Source of the DNA: Thermoplasmatales archaeon SW_10_69_26
GTDB taxonomy: Archaea > Thermoplasmatota > SW-10-69-26
Reading direction: 5' to 3'
NCBI GenBank assembly: GCA_003009755.1
Contig: PXUB01000047.1
Coordinates: 1 to 53,920, forward strand
DNA: 53,920 nt
The position numbers were made by a program, and so were the translations under genes. The notes under the pieces were generated by a model. That model was not told the origin of the DNA and searched no databases. It was given only the letters and a program-made list of their open reading frames with translations. Below, piece after piece: positions 28,408 to 40,580 of this stretch; position 1 is the stretch's first letter, and each line of letters begins with the position of its first letter.

Positions 28408-28760
28408 CGCTTCTCGTTCCTCCTAGTCGCCTCACTGGTCGGGTGCCCCCCTCGCCGGACGGGACGGTCACACACGGGCAGCCAGGGAGGACGATTGTGA
28501 AAGGAGGGTAGCACCTTATAGGCGTTTCCTAAACACTGGCCTCGGTGTCACGCCTGTTACCACGGGCAGGTGTCGCCAGAAGGCAAGCGGGCGACCGCGG
28601 CCGGGACCGGTACTGGCCCGCGCATGGCATGGAAACGAGAAGAGGGGACCGGCGGCGGGCCCCCGGCACCGCGAGCTCGATCCGCCGACGATGGGCGAAC
28701 CCGAGGGCGGGCCCGTGGACGGTTGGCTGATCTCGTGGGATCGTGCCCGACCTGGGCCGG

Positions 28761-28930
28761 CCCGCGCTGTAAGGATAAGAAACGGGGGGACCACCAAGTA
28801 CGCGACGGGACGTCAGGGCACAACGGGGAGCAGCTGCCGTGACAAGGCCGCCCGGCGGCGAGTCACAGGCCCTTCGTGGCCTTGGCGATCCTTCGTGTCC
28901 TTCGCGGCCCCTGCTTAACCAGACAGCCGG
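28761..28930 (+). ncRNA. Duplicated promoter plus structured RNA unit, copy 2 (structured core 28801-28906)
   Basis: Near-identical to 666-835. GTAAGGATAAGAAA lies about 22 nt before the first stem. Confidence 0.7.
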
Positions 28931-28981
28931 GGGCCGGCCAGGACGACGATTTAAGGGATGGGCCCCGTTCGGCGGGCCACG

Positions 28982-30748
28982 ATGGTCACCCGTCAACCGA
29001 TCGTCTCGATCCTGGGTCACGTGGACCACGGGAAGACCACGTTGCTCGACCGGATCCGCGGCACGGCCGTCGTCGAGGGCGAGGCCGGCGGCATCACCCA
29101 GCACATCGGGGCCACCGAGGTCCCGCTCGAGGCGATCACGGAGACCTGCGCTCCGTTGATGGGGGACCGCGAGTTCACGCTGCCGGGCCTTCTGTTCATC
29201 GACACGCCCGGCCACCGCGCGTTCACGACGCTTCGCGCGCGCGGCGGCGCGCTCGCCGACCTCGGCGTGGTCGTGGTCGACGTGCAGGAGGGGCTGATGC
29301 CGCAGACGAAGGAGTCCCTCTCGATCCTGAAGCGCAACAACACACCGTTCATCGTCGCCGCGAACAAGATCGACCGCATCCACGGCTGGAACCCCAACGA
29401 GGACGAGCCGTTCGTCGAGAGCTTCCCCCAGCAGTCCGAGCGGGTGCAGGACCGCTTCCAGGATGCCCTCTACGACGTGATCGGTGACCTCTACGACGCC
29501 GGGTTCCCGGCCGACCGATACGACCAGATCGAGGACTTCACCGACACGGTCGCCATCGTCCCGATGAGCGCCCTCACCGGCGAGGGCCTGGCCGACCTGC
29601 TGCTCGTCATGACCGGCTTGGCTCAGCGGTTCCTCGAGCAGGAGGGCGGCCTAGAGGCCAACCCCGAGGGTCAGGGCCAAGCCACCGTGCTCGAGGTCAA
29701 GGAGGAGAAGGGGTTCGGCGCGACCGTCGACGTCATCCTCTACGACGGCAAGCTCAACGAGGGCCAGGACGTCGTCGTCGGGACGACGAGCAAGCCCAAG
29801 GAGACCTCGATCCGCGCCCTGCTGCGGCCGAAGGCGATGGACGAGATCCGCGACCCCAGCGAGCGGTTCGACACCGTGGACGAGGTGAAGGCCGCCACCG
29901 GGCTCAAGGTGTCCGCCCCGGAGCTCGACGACGTGGTGCCCGGCGCCCCCCTGTACGGGGCCACGCCGGAGACGGTCGACGAGGTCGTCGCCGAGATCGA
30001 GAGCGAGCTGGAGCCCGACATCGATCTGGACGAGCACGAGGGCGTGTTCATCAAGGCCGACACGCTCGGCTCGCTGGAGGCGTTGGCCAGCGAGATGGCC
30101 GAGGCCGAGATCCCGATCCGCATGGCGCGGGTCGGCGACGTCAGCCCCCGCGACGTGATCGAGGCGGCCACGCTCGACCAGCGCGAGCACCAGTGCATCC
30201 TGGGCTTCGGCGTCGACGTGCTGGCCGAGGCCGAGGAGGAGCTCACCGAGCACGACATCGAGCTGATCACCGACGACGTCGTGTACAACCTGATCGACGC
30301 CTTCGAGGACTACCAGCACCGGCTCAAGTCCGAGCGCCAACAGCAGGCCCGCTCCCGGATCGCGTTCCCGGGCAAGCTCAAGACGCTGCCGGATCACAGC
30401 TTCCGCATGCGCAAGCCCGCGATCGTGGGCGTTCGCGTGCTGAAGGGTCGGATCCGCAACGGGCAGCGCATCCTGCGCGAGGACGGCCGCGTCGTCGGCG
30501 AGATCAAGTCGATCCGCGAGGAGGACAACCCGATCTCGGAGGCCGAGCAGGGCGCCGAGGTCGCGATCGCCGTCGCCGACGTGCAGCTCGGGCGCCAGAT
30601 GGACGAGGGCGAGATCTACTACGTCGACATCCCCGAGGGCGACTTCCAACAGCTGTCCGACTTCGACCTCACGCTCGACGAGCAGGAGGTCAAGCAGGAG
30701 GTCGCCGAGATCAAGCGCGAAGAGCACGAGCCCTACTGGGGCATGTGA
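28982..30748 (+). CDS. infB: Translation initiation factor aIF5B (IF2)
   Basis: RQPIVSILGHVDHGKTT, EAGGITQHIGA, DTPGH, NKID. TTTAAG box upstream. Confidence 0.98.
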   Translation: MVTRQPIVSILGHVDHGKTTLLDRIRGTAVVEGEAGGITQHIGATEVPLEAITETCAPLMGDREFTLPGLLFIDTPGHRAFTTLRARGGALADLGVVVVDVQEGLMPQTKESLSILKRNNTPFIVAANKIDRIHGWNPNEDEPFVESFPQQSERVQDRFQDALYDVIGDLYDAGFPADRYDQIEDFTDTVAIVPMSALTGEGLADLLLVMTGLAQRFLEQEGGLEANPEGQGQATVLEVKEEKGFGATVDVILYDGKLNEGQDVVVGTTSKPKETSIRALLRPKAMDEIRDPSERFDTVDEVKAATGLKVSAPELDDVVPGAPLYGATPETVDEVVAEIESELEPDIDLDEHEGVFIKADTLGSLEALASEMAEAEIPIRMARVGDVSPRDVIEAATLDQREHQCILGFGVDVLAEAEEELTEHDIELITDDVVYNLIDAFEDYQHRLKSERQQQARSRIAFPGKLKTLPDHSFRMRKPAIVGVRVLKGRIRNGQRILREDGRVVGEIKSIREEDNPISEAEQGAEVAIAVADVQLGRQMDEGEIYYVDIPEGDFQQLSDFDLTLDEQEVKQEVAEIKREEHEPYWGM

Positions 30749-33985
<3,237 letters not shown>

Positions 33986-34077
33986 CCGGGGACCCCGAGA
34001 CGACCGGCGGCCCCCGGCTGACGGGGGCCGCCTTCCGTCCCTCCTCCCGCCGGACCCGGCCGACACGCGAGGATACC

Positions 34078-34509
34078 ATGACGACCCCCACGGACCCGCT
34101 GGACCTGCTCCGCGACCACGGCCTCAGGGCCACCTCCCAACGGATCGAGATCCTGCACGCCGTCATGGAGCACGAGGAGCACCCGACGGCCGAGGACGTC
34201 TGGGAGCAGGCCCGCGAGGACCAGCCGACACTGAGCCTCAGCACCGTGTACGACACGCTGTCGCGGTTCGTCGAGCTGGGCTTGCTGGACGAGCTGCACG
34301 CCGGCGAGGGCGCCACCCGCTACGAGTTCTTCGACCGCCCCCACATCAACCTCGTCTGCACCGAGTGCGGGCACGTCGAGGACACCGACGCCGGCGAGCT
34401 GGGGGCCGTGATCGAGGAAGCCGAGGGCGCCTCCGCGTTCGCGGTCGATCCCCAACCGATCGAGCTCGAGGGCCGTTGCAGCGACTGCCGACCCTCGTCC
34501 ACATGCTAG
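34078..34509 (+). CDS. Fur/PerR-family transcriptional regulator
   Basis: [39 protein letters not shown]. Confidence 0.93.
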   Translation: MTTPTDPLDLLRDHGLRATSQRIEILHAVMEHEEHPTAEDVWEQAREDQPTLSLSTVYDTLSRFVELGLLDELHAGEGATRYEFFDRPHINLVCTECGHVEDTDAGELGAVIEEAEGASAFAVDPQPIELEGRCSDCRPSSTC

Positions 34510-34552
34510 GCGGGGACGGGAACCAGTTGCCGGCCGGCCATGGCATATCTGG

Positions 34553-35182
34553 ATGACCATGGCCGAGAAGACGCATGCCAGCGGCTACGTCGAACCGGGG
34601 GACACCAGCGAACGCGTCGGCGTCAAATCGATCGAGGAGCGCGGCGTGGACGTCGAGGAGCTGCGCGAGAAGCTGATCGACGCGATCGCGGCCGAGTTCA
34701 CGACCTACTATTACTACACGAACCTCCGCATGCACCTGGCCGGCGAGGAGGACTACAAGGAGATCACCGAGGACGCCCGGCTGGAGGACCGGGCGCACTT
34801 CGAGCTGGCCGTTCCGCGCGTCTACGAGCTCGGTGGCTCGATCCCTCGCGACATCCGGGACTTCGCCGACCGGGCCTCCTGCCCGGACGCCTACCTGCCC
34901 GAGGATCCGACGCCGGAGGCCATCCTCGAGACGCTGCTCGAGGCCGAACGCTGCGCGATCCGGACGTGGAGCGAGGTGTGCGACATGACGCGCGGCAAGG
35001 ATCCGCGCACCTACGACATGGCGGCCCGCATCCTGCAGAAGGAGGTCGAGCACGAGGCGTGGTTCATCGAGCTGTTGGCCAAGGAGCGCGACGACGAGGT
35101 CGTGCCGGCCGGCCACTTCGTGCGCGGAGAACCGGGCGATGCGCCCTACTCGACGAACACCAACATCAACGAGTCCGCCTGA
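34553..35182 (+). CDS. Dps-like ferritin-fold protein (DpsA/DPSL)
   Basis: [37 protein letters not shown]. Confidence 0.9.
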   Translation: MTMAEKTHASGYVEPGDTSERVGVKSIEERGVDVEELREKLIDAIAAEFTTYYYYTNLRMHLAGEEDYKEITEDARLEDRAHFELAVPRVYELGGSIPRDIRDFADRASCPDAYLPEDPTPEAILETLLEAERCAIRTWSEVCDMTRGKDPRTYDMAARILQKEVEHEAWFIELLAKERDDEVVPAGHFVRGEPGDAPYSTNTNINESA

Positions 35183-35203
35183 GGCCGATCCGCTGGTGGC
35201 GCG

Positions 35204-35575
35204 ATGGTCGAGCACACGATCGCGATCGAGATCCCCGCCGACGCCGACAGCCCCGAGGCCGGCCAGACGGTGGAGCTGACCGTCGACGGGGACGACTCGA
35301 TCCTGGCGGCCGCCCGCGCCCACGGCCTGTGGCTGCCGGCCGACTGCCAGCAGGGGTGGTGCACGACGTGCGCGGCCCGGTTGATGGCCGGCGAGGTCGA
35401 CCAGACGGACGCCCGCCGCTTGTACCCGGTGGACGAGGAGGCGGGGTTCGTGTTGACCTGCGTGGCCAAGCCGCGCTCGGACGTGCAGATCACCTCGCAC
35501 CAGCACGAGACGATGCTCGTCCATCGCGCCAAGCACGATCTGCCGCCGGGCTCGGCCAAGCTCGGCGACGGGTGA
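35204..35575 (+). CDS. 2Fe-2S ferredoxin
   Basis: CQQGWCTTC...LTCVAKPRSD. Confidence 0.92.
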   Translation: MVEHTIAIEIPADADSPEAGQTVELTVDGDDSILAAARAHGLWLPADCQQGWCTTCAARLMAGEVDQTDARRLYPVDEEAGFVLTCVAKPRSDVQITSHQHETMLVHRAKHDLPPGSAKLGDG

Positions 35576-35579
35576 GGCC

Positions 35580-35819
35580 TCACGCGTCGACGGAGAGGCG
35601 CTCGCCGATCGTGGGCTCGCTCGGGGCTTGCACCCACGTGCGGGCGCCGCCCGCCAGCTCGACGAGCGCGATCCAGCCCTCGGCCCCGCTCGTGTAGGTG
35701 AGCACCGTGCCCTCGGGATCCAAGGTTTCGTCGTCGGTCCGGGCCCGGCAGCCTTGGCAGCGATCCCTCGGCGGGGCAGCCACCCGCCCGCAGGCCGGGC
35801 ACCGCGAGGCCGCGATCAC
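35580..35819 (-). CDS. Short DUF35-type Zn-ribbon/OB-fold protein
   Basis: CPACG...PPRDRCQGC, GTVLTYT. GTGA overlap with the upstream thiolase-like gene. Confidence 0.8.
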   Translation of the reverse strand: MIAASRCPACGRVAAPPRDRCQGCRARTDDETLDPEGTVLTYTSGAEGWIALVELAGGARTWVQAPSEPTIGERLSVDA

Positions 35820-36940
35820 GGCCGGGCCTCCAAGAGGGCGACGTGGACGTTGTTGCCAAAGCCCCCGATGCTGTGGACGAGCGCCGTGCCAGCGTCCGCG
35901 ACGGGGTTGGCGGCTCGGTCGAGGCATTGGTCGACGCACTCGACGGTCTGCGCGAGCCCGGTGGCGCCGACGGGATGGCCGCGGGCCTTGAGCCCGCCGG
36001 AGGGGTTGACGGCCGGCGAGGGGCCCAGCGCGTCCGCCTCGGGCTCGGCGACGTGATCTAGCCCCTCGCCGTCGGGCACGAAGCCCAGATCCTCGAGGTT
36101 GATGGCCTCGAGGCTGACGAAGGCGTCGTGCAGCTCGACGACGTCCACGTCCGAGCGTTCGGTCTCGGTGCTCGCGAAGCAGGCCTCCGCGGCGTCCTGC
36201 GTCGCTTGGAACCGCTCGGGCGGGGTGCGGCGTTGGGTGTAGGCCAGGTGGTCGCTGGCGGCGCCCATCGAGGCGATCTCGACGGGGCCCTCGTCGGCGA
36301 CGACGAGCGCCGCCGCACCGTCCGTGAGGGGGGCACAGTGCATCAACCGCAGCGGGTCGGCGACGACGCGCGAGGCGGCGATCTCGTCCAGCGTGACCTC
36401 GCCGAACTGCGCGATCGGGTTGGCCTCGGCCAGGCGGTGGGCCTTGTGCGCGACCCGATCGAGCTCCGCGAGGCTGCGATCGTGACGGTCGAGGTAGGCT
36501 CTGGTCAGGCAGGCGACCAGCCGCGGCAGCGAGAGGCCGGCCTCGCGTTCGTCGGCGGCCATCAGGCCGGCCAGGATCTCGGTGGCCTCCTCGGTGGGGA
36601 CCGAGGTCATCGCCTCCCAGCCGAGGACGAGCACGTTGTCGATGCCGGGAGCCCCCAGCCAGCCCCGAGCGGTGGAGACCGCGGCCAGCCCGCTGGAGGG
36701 TCCAGTGTCGACCCGGATCGCGGGCGTTCCGGCGAGGCCGGCTTCGGTGGCGGTCCAGACGCTGACGTTCCCGATCGAGGTGAAGGCCTCGCCGGCCGCG
36801 TTGGCGACGACGAGCGCGTCGATCGCGTCGACGTCGAGACCGGCGTCGCTCAGGGCTCGGTCGACGGCGGCCCTGACGAGCGAGGACGGGTCCGGCTCCC
36901 GCCCGAGGGACGTGAGGCCCGACCCGCGGATCGCGACCAC
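35816..36940 (-). CDS. Thiolase-fold protein lacking the N-terminal catalytic Cys
   Basis: ELHDAF and GHPVGATG are present, but RVDTGPSSG replaces EAACAS. Confidence 0.88.
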   Translation of the reverse strand: MVAIRGSGLTSLGREPDPSSLVRAAVDRALSDAGLDVDAIDALVVANAAGEAFTSIGNVSVWTATEAGLAGTPAIRVDTGPSSGLAAVSTARGWLGAPGIDNVLVLGWEAMTSVPTEEATEILAGLMAADEREAGLSLPRLVACLTRAYLDRHDRSLAELDRVAHKAHRLAEANPIAQFGEVTLDEIAASRVVADPLRLMHCAPLTDGAAALVVADEGPVEIASMGAASDHLAYTQRRTPPERFQATQDAAEACFASTETERSDVDVVELHDAFVSLEAINLEDLGFVPDGEGLDHVAEPEADALGPSPAVNPSGGLKARGHPVGATGLAQTVECVDQCLDRAANPVADAGTALVHSIGGFGNNVHVALLEARP

Positions 36941-36993
36941 GGGCGGGCAGCCCAGCTATCCCGCAAGAAGGTTGCCCGCGATCGTCGCGGGGG

Positions 36994-37188
36994 TCACCAG
37001 ACGACGGTGAGCTCGGAGCCCGAGCTCGCAGGGTCGTCGAACAGCGCGTGGCGCAGCGCGTCGTTGGCGTCCTCGTCGGGCTTGTTGCGAGCCTCGGCGG
37101 TCGGCTCGTCGCCGCCCATCCCGCAGAGCGGACAGGGGACGGGCTCGGTGCCGTAGACCTCGGCTTCGTCGCGGTGGTGACAGAACAT
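36994..37188 (-). CDS. Small putative Zn-finger protein (64 aa)
   Basis: MFCHH...CPLCG, acidic tail, TTTTCTA box upstream. Confidence 0.5.
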   Translation of the reverse strand: MFCHHRDEAEVYGTEPVPCPLCGMGGDEPTAEARNKPDEDANDALRHALFDDPASSGSELTVVW

Positions 37189-37301
37189 GGTACCCACTAC
37201 GCTCAACTAGTAGTCGGGGGTAGAAAAGGTTGCCCCCGCAGGGGTTCGTCGTTCGTCGAGGACGCAGGCTTTTCCCCTATGAGCGGCTGTGGACGACGGT
37301 C

Positions 37302-38000
37302 GTGACCTACCGATCGATCCGGTTCCCGGCCGTCGGGTCCACGAACGACGTCGCGCTCGACGCCGCCCAGGCGGGCCAGGATCCCGGTCTCGTCGTCTCT
37401 GCCGGCATCCAGACGGCCGGCAAGGGCCAAAGCGCACGCGACTGGGAGTCCAACCCGGGAGGGTTGTGGGCCAGCGTGATCCTCGACGTCGATCCGCCGG
37501 GACCGACGCGGGGGCTGATCCCGCTCGCGGTCGGGTGCGCGATCTGCCGAGCCTTGGACGATCTGGGCGCCGAGGTCCAGCTCCGGTGGCCCAACGACCT
37601 GATGCGAGGCGACGACAAGCTCGGCGGCATCCTCGTCGAGACGCGATCGACCCGCGAGGCGCTGGACGTCGTCGTGGCGGGGATGGGCCTCAACGTCGTC
37701 AACGAGCCGCCCGTCGCGGACGCCGAGAACCTCGCGGACCTGTCCCCCACGCCCAGCCCCGAGGACGTGCTGGCCGCGGTGCTCGAGCGGCTGCCGGCCA
37801 TGGAGCGAGCTCTCCGCGAGGGCGACGCGGACCGGATCTGCCGGGTGTTCATGGACAACGCCTGGGGCATGGGCGAGCCGATGGCGTTCGACGGCGAGCC
37901 CGTGGTGCCCAAGGACGTCGCCATCGACGGGGCCCTGATCGTCGAGGACCCCGAGGGCGAGGTGAGCGTGCACCGCAGCGGCTCGCTTCGGCGACGGTGA
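37302..38000 (+). CDS. birA: Biotin-protein ligase without HTH
   Basis: GSTND, QTAGKGQ, RWPND, KLGGILVE, GMGLNV. Confidence 0.88.
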   Translation: MTYRSIRFPAVGSTNDVALDAAQAGQDPGLVVSAGIQTAGKGQSARDWESNPGGLWASVILDVDPPGPTRGLIPLAVGCAICRALDDLGAEVQLRWPNDLMRGDDKLGGILVETRSTREALDVVVAGMGLNVVNEPPVADAENLADLSPTPSPEDVLAAVLERLPAMERALREGDADRICRVFMDNAWGMGEPMAFDGEPVVPKDVAIDGALIVEDPEGEVSVHRSGSLRRR

Positions 38001-38003
38001 GCC

Positions 38004-38951
38004 TCAGGCCACGGCTTTCTCCCGGCGCTGGGGCTCGTGGCCTCCGTCGCCGATGAGGTCCGCCAGGGCCTCGTCGATCGACGCGAAGCGGACGGTGAAC
38101 CCGGAACCCTCCAAGCGTTCGGGCACGACCCGCTGCGAGGCGAACAGCAGATCGGCGGCCTCGCCGTAGAGCAGCTGCAGGGCGAACCGTGGGACGGGGA
38201 GGTTGGCCGGCCGGTCGAGCACGTCCCCGATGGCGCTGGTGAGCTGCTTGTTGCGGATCTGGGTCCCGGCCACGAGGTTGAACGGGCCCTCCAGGCCCTC
38301 GTCGAGGATGTGCAGGATGGCGCGCACCTCGTCCTCCACGTGGATCCAGGGGAACCACTGCTCGCCGGACCCGACGGGGCCGCCCAAGCCCCAGTGGAAG
38401 GGCCTGACCGGACCCACGGGGTTCAGCATCTCGGCCAGGGCGCCCTCCTCGTCGTCGAGCACGATCCCCGTCCGGACGAAGGCGACGTCGGTCGGCACGG
38501 TTGGGTCGTCGGCGATCTCGGCGGCCTCGGCCTCCCAACGTTGGCAGACTTCGGCCAGGAAATCCTCGCCGGGCTCGGCATCCTCGGTCAAGCGTTCGTC
38601 GCCGCGGTCCCCGTAGTAGCCGACGGCGCTGCCGGAGACGAGGTGGTCGATCGATCCGTGCCGGCGGATCGCCTCGACGACGCGTCGGGTCCCTTGCACG
38701 CGGCTGTCGCGGATGGCTCGCTTGTGGTCCTCGTCCCAGCGCTGCCCGACGATCGGGGCCCCGGCGAGGTGGACGACGGCGTCGGTCTCCTCGGGCAGCT
38801 CGAGCGAGCCCTCCTCGTCCACGACCCAGCCGATCTCGTCGGGGCCGGTGGGGTCGCGGGAGACGACCGTGGCCTCGTCGCTGCGGTCGCGCAGGTGCTC
38901 GACCAGGTGGGACCCGATCAGGCCGGTACCGCCGGTGACAGCGACGTGCAT
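38004..38951 (-). CDS. TIGR01777-family NAD-dependent epimerase/SDR, paralog 2
   Basis: TGGTGLIG, VHLAGAPI, SAVGYYG, WFPWIHVED, ASQRVVP. Confidence 0.92.
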   Translation of the reverse strand: MHVAVTGGTGLIGSHLVEHLRDRSDEATVVSRDPTGPDEIGWVVDEEGSLELPEETDAVVHLAGAPIVGQRWDEDHKRAIRDSRVQGTRRVVEAIRRHGSIDHLVSGSAVGYYGDRGDERLTEDAEPGEDFLAEVCQRWEAEAAEIADDPTVPTDVAFVRTGIVLDDEEGALAEMLNPVGPVRPFHWGLGGPVGSGEQWFPWIHVEDEVRAILHILDEGLEGPFNLVAGTQIRNKQLTSAIGDVLDRPANLPVPRFALQLLYGEAADLLFASQRVVPERLEGSGFTVRFASIDEALADLIGDGGHEPQRREKAVA

Positions 38952-39059
38952 GGGTGGGCGTTGCGTGGCGATCGGGCAAGAAGGTTGCCAGCGACTAGCA
39001 GTCTGCGCCCACCGAGACCCTCAAATAGTGGACGCGCCCCGTCCCCTCGCCGCCTGGCC

Positions 39060-40019
39060 TCAGGCGAGCGCGGCTTCGGGTTCTCGGTCGCGCTCTTCGG
39101 GGACAGCGTCCTCCTCGCCGAGCAGGTCGGCCAGCGCCGGCCGGATGTGGGGGTAACGGAACGAGAACCCGGTCTCCTGCAACCGGTCGGATCGGACGCG
39201 CTGGCTGGCGGTGAGGACCTCGGCGACCTCGCCAACCATGAGCCGGAGCGCGAACTCGGGCACCGGGAACGGGGTGGGTCGGCCCAGCGCCTCGCCCAGG
39301 GCCTCGGTGAACTGCTCGTTGCGCACCACGCCGGGCGCGACGAGGTTGAACGGGCCCGAGAGGCCTTCGTCGAGGACGTGCAGGATGGCGCGCACCTCGT
39401 CCTCCACGTGGATCCAGGCGAACCACTGCTGGCCGTCGCCGAGCCGTCCGCCCATCCCCCAGTGGAACGGCTTCACGAAGCCGAACGGGTTCAGCATCTC
39501 GGGCAGCGCGCCGCTTTCTTCGGCGAGCACGGTCCCGGTGCGGATCCGGGCCGGATCCACGTCGACGGCCTCGTGGCCCTCCAGCCGCCGAGCCTCGGCC
39601 TCCCAGACCTGGGTGACCTGCGCCATGAAGTCCTCGCCGGGCTCGGCATGCTCGTCCAGGGGCTCCTCGCCGCGGTCGCCGTAATAGCCGACGGCGCTGC
39701 CGGAGACGACGTGCTGGATGTCGCCGTGCGCCTCGACGGCCTCCACGACCCGCTGGGTGCCCTGCACGCGGCTGCTGCGGATCGCTTGCTTGCGGTTCTC
39801 GTCCCAGCGCTCGCCCACGATCGGTGCCCCGGCCAGGTGCACCACGGCGTCGGTGGTGTCCGGCAGGACCAGCGAGCCCGGATCGTCGGGATCCCAGCCG
39901 ATCTGGTCCCCGCCGGTCGGGTCGCGGGAGACGACGGTGACCTCGTCGTCGCGCGCCCGCAGGCGATCGACCAGGTGCGATCCGATGAGGCCCGTCCCGC
40001 CGGTGACGACCACGTGCAT
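39060..40019 (-). CDS. TIGR01777-family NAD-dependent epimerase/SDR, paralog 1
   Basis: Same motifs as, and highly similar to, 38004-38951. Confidence 0.92.
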   Translation of the reverse strand: MHVVVTGGTGLIGSHLVDRLRARDDEVTVVSRDPTGGDQIGWDPDDPGSLVLPDTTDAVVHLAGAPIVGERWDENRKQAIRSSRVQGTQRVVEAVEAHGDIQHVVSGSAVGYYGDRGEEPLDEHAEPGEDFMAQVTQVWEAEARRLEGHEAVDVDPARIRTGTVLAEESGALPEMLNPFGFVKPFHWGMGGRLGDGQQWFAWIHVEDEVRAILHVLDEGLSGPFNLVAPGVVRNEQFTEALGEALGRPTPFPVPEFALRLMVGEVAEVLTASQRVRSDRLQETGFSFRYPHIRPALADLLGEEDAVPEERDREPEAALA

Positions 40020-40092
40020 GTGTCCGCATGGTCGCGGACGAGGCATCAACATTGGGTGGCGACGGCGTCGGTCTCGCGACACCTTCTTGACC

Positions 40093-40541
40093 ATGGCGCC
40101 CGCATCGACACGTGCGCTCAATCGCGTCTCCCACGTCTCCATGGTCTTCCAGGACCAGCAGGAAGCGCTCGAGTGGTACACCGAGAAGCTCGGGTTCGAG
40201 GTCGTGGCCGACGAGCAGATGGGGGACCGCGAGGGGCGCTGGTTGACGATCGCGCCGCTGGCGCAAGCCGAGCTCGAGATCGTGCTCGAGCCGCTGGACG
40301 GGGGTCTGTCGGGAGCCCAGGCGGGCGGGAGGGAGAAGCTCGCGGGCCACGACGGGTCGTGTTCGGGACCGACGACTGCCGCGAGACCGCGGGGGAGCTG
40401 CGCAACGAGAGTGTCGAGATCGTGAGCGAGCCCGAGGAGGTGCCCTGGGGCGTCTGGGCCCTCTTCGCGGACCTGTACGGCAACGTGCACAACATCGTCG
40501 AACCCCACCCGACCGACACCGGCGTCCCCGACGTGGCCTGA
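40093..40541 (+). CDS. VOC/glyoxalase family protein, apparent 1-nt frameshift at ~40355
   Basis: DQQEALEWYTEKLGF...RWLTI in one frame, and FGTDDC...PWGVWALFADLYGN in another. Confidence 0.8.
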
Positions 40542-40580
40542 GGTGGGCTAGGCTTTTCGTTGCCTGCCCGTTGCCCTCGC

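Noticed and set aside
40020-40508. N-terminal extension of the TIGR01777 paralog
   Set aside because: Antisense of the VOC gene. Both paralogs begin at MHV.
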